From the IMG/VR virus record IMGVR_UViG_3300035498_000371, positions 128,001-192,000 of that record: a stretch of DNA of 64,000 bases. One strand, written 5' to 3'. The position numbers and the translations under genes were made by a program. Position 1 is the first letter of the stretch. Every line of letters begins with the position of its first letter. Below, one piece after another: positions 59,404 through 64,000 of the stretch. The DNA comes from a virus (Duplodnaviria; Caudoviricetes). Below the pieces are notes generated by a model. That model saw only the letters and a list, made by a program, of their open reading frames with translations, had not been told where the DNA came from and made no database searches.

Positions 59404-61258
59404 TTTAATAGAGAAGTTATATGTAAAACGTAAAAGCGCTTTTGAGTTTGACTATGATGCATTAATGGCACCACCAATATTAAGTATATTAAGCATTACC
59501 GATGTAGGAGATCTTAATCGTATTGCTACGAGTCTTAAATATAGTGGTAATATGGATAAAAAATATAAACTGATAGATGAAGTGATGACAAGGAGGGGAT
59601 TTAGAAAAGCCCATTGTGGAACTAATAGAGTAGTTTATAATTTCTTAGAGCTACCAACGTTTGTAGCCAAGGTAGCATTAGATAGAGTAGGAATGACAGA
59701 TAGCCCAGCGGAATTTAAGAATCAAGAATTCTTCAAACCATTTTGCTGTAAGATATTTGAAACAGATCCTACAGGGACGATAGCGTTTGTAGAACGTGTA
59801 AATCCAATATCTTCGAGGGAAGAATTTCTCTCAGTAGCAGATGATATATTTAATCTGCTTATTACCAAAGTAATTGGTAAATATGTTGTGGATGATTTAG
59901 GTTCAGATACGTATATGAATTTTGGTATTAGACAATTATCAGGAGGATGTACATTTGGACCAGTCATAATTGACTTTCCATATGCGTATGAATTAGATGG
60001 AGCCAAACTTATGTGCGCTAGAGATATAGACACTCCGTTTGGTAAAATAAAATGTGGAGGTGAAATAGATTATGATGCAGGTTTCAACCATCTAGTTTGT
60101 AGTAAATGTGGTAAAGTCTATACTGCAATGGATCTTAAGAAGAAAGATTGTAGTGTAATCATGTTTGGAAAAAATAAGGAGGATTACAGAATGAGAACTA
60201 AAGTAGTTAGTGGCGACAAAGTTATACTTGACTCTGGCAGGGAAAGTGAAACTTATATTACTCAGGAAGAGTATTCTACTATTAATAATAATGGTAGATT
60301 GGAGGCTGGTAATATTTATCCTGTAAAGAAAGTTATAAAGAAAAAGTATAAGTCGGCAGAACAGAAGCGCAGAGATTTCCATACAGAGCTTCAGAAAAAG
60401 CATTTTAAGGAAGTAAAGGCAAATGAGATAACAAAGCCTATCCATGTAGCCAATCCAGTGAATTATGAACCTGAGACAGAAGATATGGAATATGGTACAA
60501 TAATTTCGGGTAAGGTTGTACCAGCGAGCAATATTACAAAAGAGATCGAGGAGAAAATACTACCAGAGCTCGATCAGAATTATGAACCATCAACACCGGT
60601 AGTTCCGGTTAATGATGAAGAGAAATCTGTTGTAGCAGAGGAGGACAACAGTCAGCAAGAAGAAATATCGCCAGAGATGGAAGCATTCGCTAAAGGGTAT
60701 GAGGATGAACTCCATAGAAGTATTGATGATGCTGATACAGATACTGCTACCAACGAGGGTACTGAAAATGAAGCGGAACAGTCTGATGATGCTGTAAAAA
60801 ACAGTACTGAAGATGATCAATCTACGGAATCAGAATATACAGATGATGAAGATCCTAGTGATAATTCAGAATACTTAGCAGAGCAGGCAGCTTCTATCGC
60901 TGAAGAATTAATCAATAACGCAGACTCAAGCATTGAGGCCAATGAGGAAATACAGTCTGAGGAACAGGTTAATAATGACGTAGATCTTAGCAATATAACA
61001 ACCGAAATGGTTGGTTCTGCTGTAGAGTCAGATTATCAGGATTATTCTAATTATATTCCTCCAGAAGAAGAGGAAGAAGAAAACACCGATGAAGAGGATT
61101 ATATAGATCCAAAATATGCGGATGAAATAGAGAAGTTTAATAGAACTTCTTCTAAGAAAAAGAATAAGAAAGATAAGAAACCATCAGCGAGAAACATCAG
61201 AAAGCATTCTAGTAGATATGCTGGGTATGGCGAAGATGACGATATGTCAGAGTACTAA
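59390..61258 (+). CDS. Protein kinase-like protein with zinc ribbon and long acidic tail
   Basis: HCGTNRVVY (Gly loop), VAKVA (catalytic Lys), PAEF (alphaC Glu), DDLGSDTYMNFG (catalytic loop), VIIDF (DFG-like); CGG...CSKC; D/E-rich C-terminal half. Confidence 0.65.
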   Translation: MSRVSLIEKLYVKRKSAFEFDYDALMAPPILSILSITDVGDLNRIATSLKYSGNMDKKYKLIDEVMTRRGFRKAHCGTNRVVYNFLELPTFVAKVALDRVGMTDSPAEFKNQEFFKPFCCKIFETDPTGTIAFVERVNPISSREEFLSVADDIFNLLITKVIGKYVVDDLGSDTYMNFGIRQLSGGCTFGPVIIDFPYAYELDGAKLMCARDIDTPFGKIKCGGEIDYDAGFNHLVCSKCGKVYTAMDLKKKDCSVIMFGKNKEDYRMRTKVVSGDKVILDSGRESETYITQEEYSTINNNGRLEAGNIYPVKKVIKKKYKSAEQKRRDFHTELQKKHFKEVKANEITKPIHVANPVNYEPETEDMEYGTIISGKVVPASNITKEIEEKILPELDQNYEPSTPVVPVNDEEKSVVAEEDNSQQEEISPEMEAFAKGYEDELHRSIDDADTDTATNEGTENEAEQSDDAVKNSTEDDQSTESEYTDDEDPSDNSEYLAEQAASIAEELINNADSSIEANEEIQSEEQVNNDVDLSNITTEMVGSAVESDYQDYSNYIPPEEEEEENTDEEDYIDPKYADEIEKFNRTSSKKKNKKDKKPSARNIRKHSSRYAGYGEDDDMSEY

Positions 61259-61264
61259 AATAAT

Positions 61265-61300
61265 GCACGGGGGAATTTAGTTTCCCTCGTGCTTATTTAT
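61265..61300 (+). terminator. Rho-independent terminator
   Basis: GCACGGGGGAA-TTTAG-TTTCCCTCGTGC followed by a T-rich tract. Confidence 0.75.
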
Positions 61301-61328
61301 ATTTTTTATTTTAAGGAGGAACTAAATA

Positions 61329-61907
61329 ATGATGACAAACAGAGAGTTGCCAGTAAAAGGAGAAATATTCAAGCATTTTAAAGGTAATCTTTATCAGATT
61401 ATTGATATTGCTTTACACACCGAGACTGGAGAATACATGGTAGTTTATAAAGCTCTGTACGGAGATGGCGATGTTTATGTAAGACCATTCGAAATGTTTA
61501 TGAGCGAAGTAGATCATGATAAATATCCAGAAGTCACCCAGAAATATAGATTAGAAAGAGTATTTGACAAGAAGAAAGTTTATCCTGTTATTACATTGTG
61601 CGGTTCTACCAAGTTCAAGGATGTATTTGAAGAGCAGCGTAAGAAACTTTCTCTTGAAGGTTATGTAGTTATCTCTTTAGGAACATTCGAGCATTCTGGA
61701 GATAAAGAGGTATGGGAAGGAAAGCCTGAGGGTACTTATACCGAAACAAAGAATATGATTGACGATATGCATTATCAGAAGATAGATATGGCTGATAAGA
61801 TAATGGTTATTAATGTCGGCGGATATATAGGCGAATCTACAGCTAAAGAAATTGAGTATGCTAAACTCACCGGAAAGGATATATTATATCTTGAAGAAAG
61901 GAGTTGA
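61329..61907 (+). CDS. Fusion of DUF1653-like and nucleoside 2-deoxyribosyltransferase-like domains
   Basis: N-terminal FKHFKGNLY...[16 protein letters not shown]...YVRPFEMF (DUF1653); C-terminal ITLCGS...[28 protein letters not shown] (NDT-like Rossmannoid fold with conserved Glu). Confidence 0.7.
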   Translation: MMTNRELPVKGEIFKHFKGNLYQIIDIALHTETGEYMVVYKALYGDGDVYVRPFEMFMSEVDHDKYPEVTQKYRLERVFDKKKVYPVITLCGSTKFKDVFEEQRKKLSLEGYVVISLGTFEHSGDKEVWEGKPEGTYTETKNMIDDMHYQKIDMADKIMVINVGGYIGESTAKEIEYAKLTGKDILYLEERS

Positions 61908-61913
61908 TCAATT

Positions 61914-62582
61914 ATGTTCAACGGTCATACAATGACAGTGATAACTGATTTGAATTTAATAGCAGATCAAATCAATAATATTGATTTCGTTACAGTGGCA
62001 GCAATTACTGGAAGTGGGAATTATCCAAATCATCCAAATATTTATAATGCCAGCATTCTTATGCCACCAACAGAGATCCTTATGGCTTGGTCAGATGGTA
62101 ATGATTTGATTATGCAGAATGAATATCCTGCATACTTGAATTGTAAAGAGCCAGATGATATGATTGTTGCTCTTATAGCAGCAATGACGAAAAAGAATAT
62201 TGTCTTATATATTCCTATGGATGAATTCATGGTATATGGAGAAATGCTACTTAACCATATTTATTATACGTATGGAATTACGTGTAATTTTGGTAATGCT
62301 ATATTTAGCGTTAATCCATCTAAGATTCCATTCATTATCAGTAAATTCTATCTGATAGACGTAATGACTCCAGATGATTATTTAGCAATGTACCCGCCAA
62401 ATCAACCATTACCGCAGTTTGTTATTAACAAGCTTGCAATGGATTTACGTCCATTTGCTGGACCAGCAACATTTGTTGATTATGAAATCTATTTTAATAA
62501 TCTTAATATGCAGAAAGGTCAACAGCAAACTGGACCAGTAAATATGGTTAATATGGTAAGAACGGTAGGCGATAAACAATGA
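61914..62582 (+). CDS. Hypothetical protein
   Basis: ORF with SD. Confidence 0.7.
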   Translation: MFNGHTMTVITDLNLIADQINNIDFVTVAAITGSGNYPNHPNIYNASILMPPTEILMAWSDGNDLIMQNEYPAYLNCKEPDDMIVALIAAMTKKNIVLYIPMDEFMVYGEMLLNHIYYTYGITCNFGNAIFSVNPSKIPFIISKFYLIDVMTPDDYLAMYPPNQPLPQFVINKLAMDLRPFAGPATFVDYEIYFNNLNMQKGQQQTGPVNMVNMVRTVGDKQ

Positions 62583-63106
62583 TTGTATTTACAGACAAAA
62601 TAGAATTAGTTCAAGTGCTCTCCCAGGTTCATCCTGGGAGGCAAATTATTATAATGAACTTATCGTCATATAAGAGTGGCTACTATGATATAACACCGCT
62701 GATTACTAATATATCTCCTATTAATAATACTCAGATGCCAGCATATGAATTCGTTGATTCTATAAGCTTTGATATGCAATATGCAGCAGCATTGGAAAAC
62801 AATTTTACCATGTATCAGTGTATGATGCAGATGGTTGTTAGATCCTATGAAGGCTATATAGTTGTAGTGCTTGTTTATAGAGATCCATATAGGGATGCAA
62901 TTATGGAATCTTTAATTAAGTATATACAGCAAAAATATGGTCATAACTGTTGGGTGGTAGAAGACATAGATGATTTAATGTACATTAAAGACGAATCATT
63001 TACTCCAATGGGTATTAAATACATCGATGATGATATAACGAGATATAATGATCTATATTCTAAAGGTCAAGTACCAGCATTGTTAGAGCCAATTAATATG
63101 GAGTAG
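62579..63106 (+). CDS. Hypothetical protein
   Basis: ATGA overlap with the upstream gene. Confidence 0.7.
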   Translation: MIVFTDKIELVQVLSQVHPGRQIIIMNLSSYKSGYYDITPLITNISPINNTQMPAYEFVDSISFDMQYAAALENNFTMYQCMMQMVVRSYEGYIVVVLVYRDPYRDAIMESLIKYIQQKYGHNCWVVEDIDDLMYIKDESFTPMGIKYIDDDITRYNDLYSKGQVPALLEPINME

Positions 63107-63130
63107 GAAATCCTACTCCATATATCTTTT
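63098..63130 (+). terminator. Terminator hairpin overlapping a stop codon
   Basis: ATGGAGTAGG-AAAT-CCTACTCCAT. Confidence 0.7.
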
Positions 63131-63136
63131 GGATTA

Positions 63137-63144
63137 TATATTAT
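63137..63144 (+). promoter_or_regulatory. Early-type phage promoter motif TATATTAT
   Basis: The same octamer occurs at 5696-5703, 28531-28538 and 57432-57439 (variant TATATCAT at 910-917), each in an intergenic region upstream of a non-structural gene. Confidence 0.5.
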
Positions 63145-63182
63145 AATTTTGTAAGAGTAAATAGAAATGGAGGTAATAAAAT

Positions 63183-63794
63183 ATGTTTACATCTCTTATT
63201 ATTAATGATAAGGCTTATTTCTGTACTGATGAGATTAAGCCAGGAACAAACTTAATGGTTTGTGTTGCTAAAGGAAAAGAAGACGATTACATTATGATGC
63301 AGGCTAGTAATGACGAGGATAATAATGTAATCATGGCATTTAGTTCTAAGGAATATGCCAACAGGGTGCTTAATGAAGTTAATGCAGTTTATGAGGAAAT
63401 AATAGAAGTTAATATGACTAATATGAATACTCCTGCGAGGATTATTGTAGATATTGATACTCAGAACGATAAGGGTTCTGCCATCATTCAATGTATCTAT
63501 AATGAGATCCATAATAATGATGAATATGCTGCAGCTTACTACGAGAATGCATCTTTGTTTGCTACAGTAATGGGACCAATATTGGCAACAAGGTACGATG
63601 ATGAAGCAGAAACAGCGAAGACTATAGTAAATACCGTCTATAGCTTCTGCTTAATGTATTCAAATATCGTTGGTTCTATTGCTAAAGATGTAAATCCAGA
63701 ACAGATTGATGGATTAATTAAGCAGTTTGAAGCAATGGAGTCATCTAAGGAAGAAGGAATGGAAGATGATGAAGACGACAGTGAAACAGATTAA
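63183..63794 (+). CDS. Hypothetical protein
   Basis: ORF with GGAGG SD. Confidence 0.7.
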   Translation: MFTSLIINDKAYFCTDEIKPGTNLMVCVAKGKEDDYIMMQASNDEDNNVIMAFSSKEYANRVLNEVNAVYEEIIEVNMTNMNTPARIIVDIDTQNDKGSAIIQCIYNEIHNNDEYAAAYYENASLFATVMGPILATRYDDEAETAKTIVNTVYSFCLMYSNIVGSIAKDVNPEQIDGLIKQFEAMESSKEEGMEDDEDDSETD

Positions 63795-64000
63795 TATTTT
63801 AGACAAAGTCTTAGATAAAGAATATTGGTCATATATGTCTGAAAGGTTTTATTACACTGGGCACATGTATCATGGTTCGCCATTTGAAAGTGATGATAAT
63901 TGTGGGACATGTGACGGTGCTAGATGTGAAACCTGTAAGAAGGTTATAATACCAGCAGGGATTGAATGCTCTGTTGAATCCGATGAATTACTGCAGATAG
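63766..64000 (+). CDS. Hypothetical Cys-rich protein, 3'-truncated by the window edge
   Basis: Open frame from ATG 63766 (or GTG 63781) to the window end; contains CGTCDGARCETC. Confidence 0.55.
   Translation, partial: MMKTTVKQINILDKVLDKEYWSYMSERFYYTGHMYHGSPFESDDNCGTCDGARCETCKKVIIPAGIECSVESDELLQI

Noticed and set aside
1-64000. Alternative genetic code (TAG/TGA recoding, as in some gut jumbo phages)
   Set aside because: Code-11 ORFs tile the window densely, and TAG/TGA end genes next to SDs or terminators (e.g. dut, RT, XkdX, RNase H).
1-64000. CRISPR array, tRNA or rRNA genes
   Set aside because: No regularly spaced direct repeats or cloverleaf-like sequences were seen by eye. A tRNAscan/CRISPR search would confirm.
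1-64000. A second VR target for the TR within the window
   Set aside because: No other gene end resembling GGCGTTCGCCTCCG or the TR was found by eye. Remote targets outside the window remain possible.

Overview
A 64-kb, AT-rich, gene-dense segment (standard code 11, strong AGGAGG Shine-Dalgarno sites) of a jumbo phage of the AR9/PBS1/phiKZ-related type that carries its own multisubunit RNA polymerase and probably infects a Gram-positive (Bacillota) host. It encodes a 4,181-aa tape-measure-like protein ending in C39-like, GH24 lysozyme and CHAP domains, baseplate/tail proteins, a paralogous family of probable internal head proteins, an unsplit RNAP beta subunit, RusA, RNase HI, ThyA, dUTPase, a TARG1/DarG-type macrodomain and a kinase-like protein. 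The standout element is a complete diversity-generating retroelement (DGR) inside the tail-fibre module: target with VR (47817-47904), downstream hairpins, a ~1.07-kb ORF-free AT-rich spacer, avd, TR (49837-49924) and RT. All 12 TR/VR differences fall at TR adenines. Three features suggest the phage has domesticated the DGR. (1) avd sits behind the phage late-type promoter motif (N)ACA-N6-TAA, found upstream of at least 18 genes here. (2) Avd carries a C-terminal extension ending in a short [IV]MCx[IY]V motif shared with three unrelated phage proteins, a candidate targeting/docking tag. (3) The RT starts at a TTG shadowed by an out-of-frame ATG. The AR9-like late promoter occurs in a phage that, unlike uracil-DNA AR9, encodes ThyA and dUTPase. 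All product calls come from motif recognition by eye; no database searches were run.
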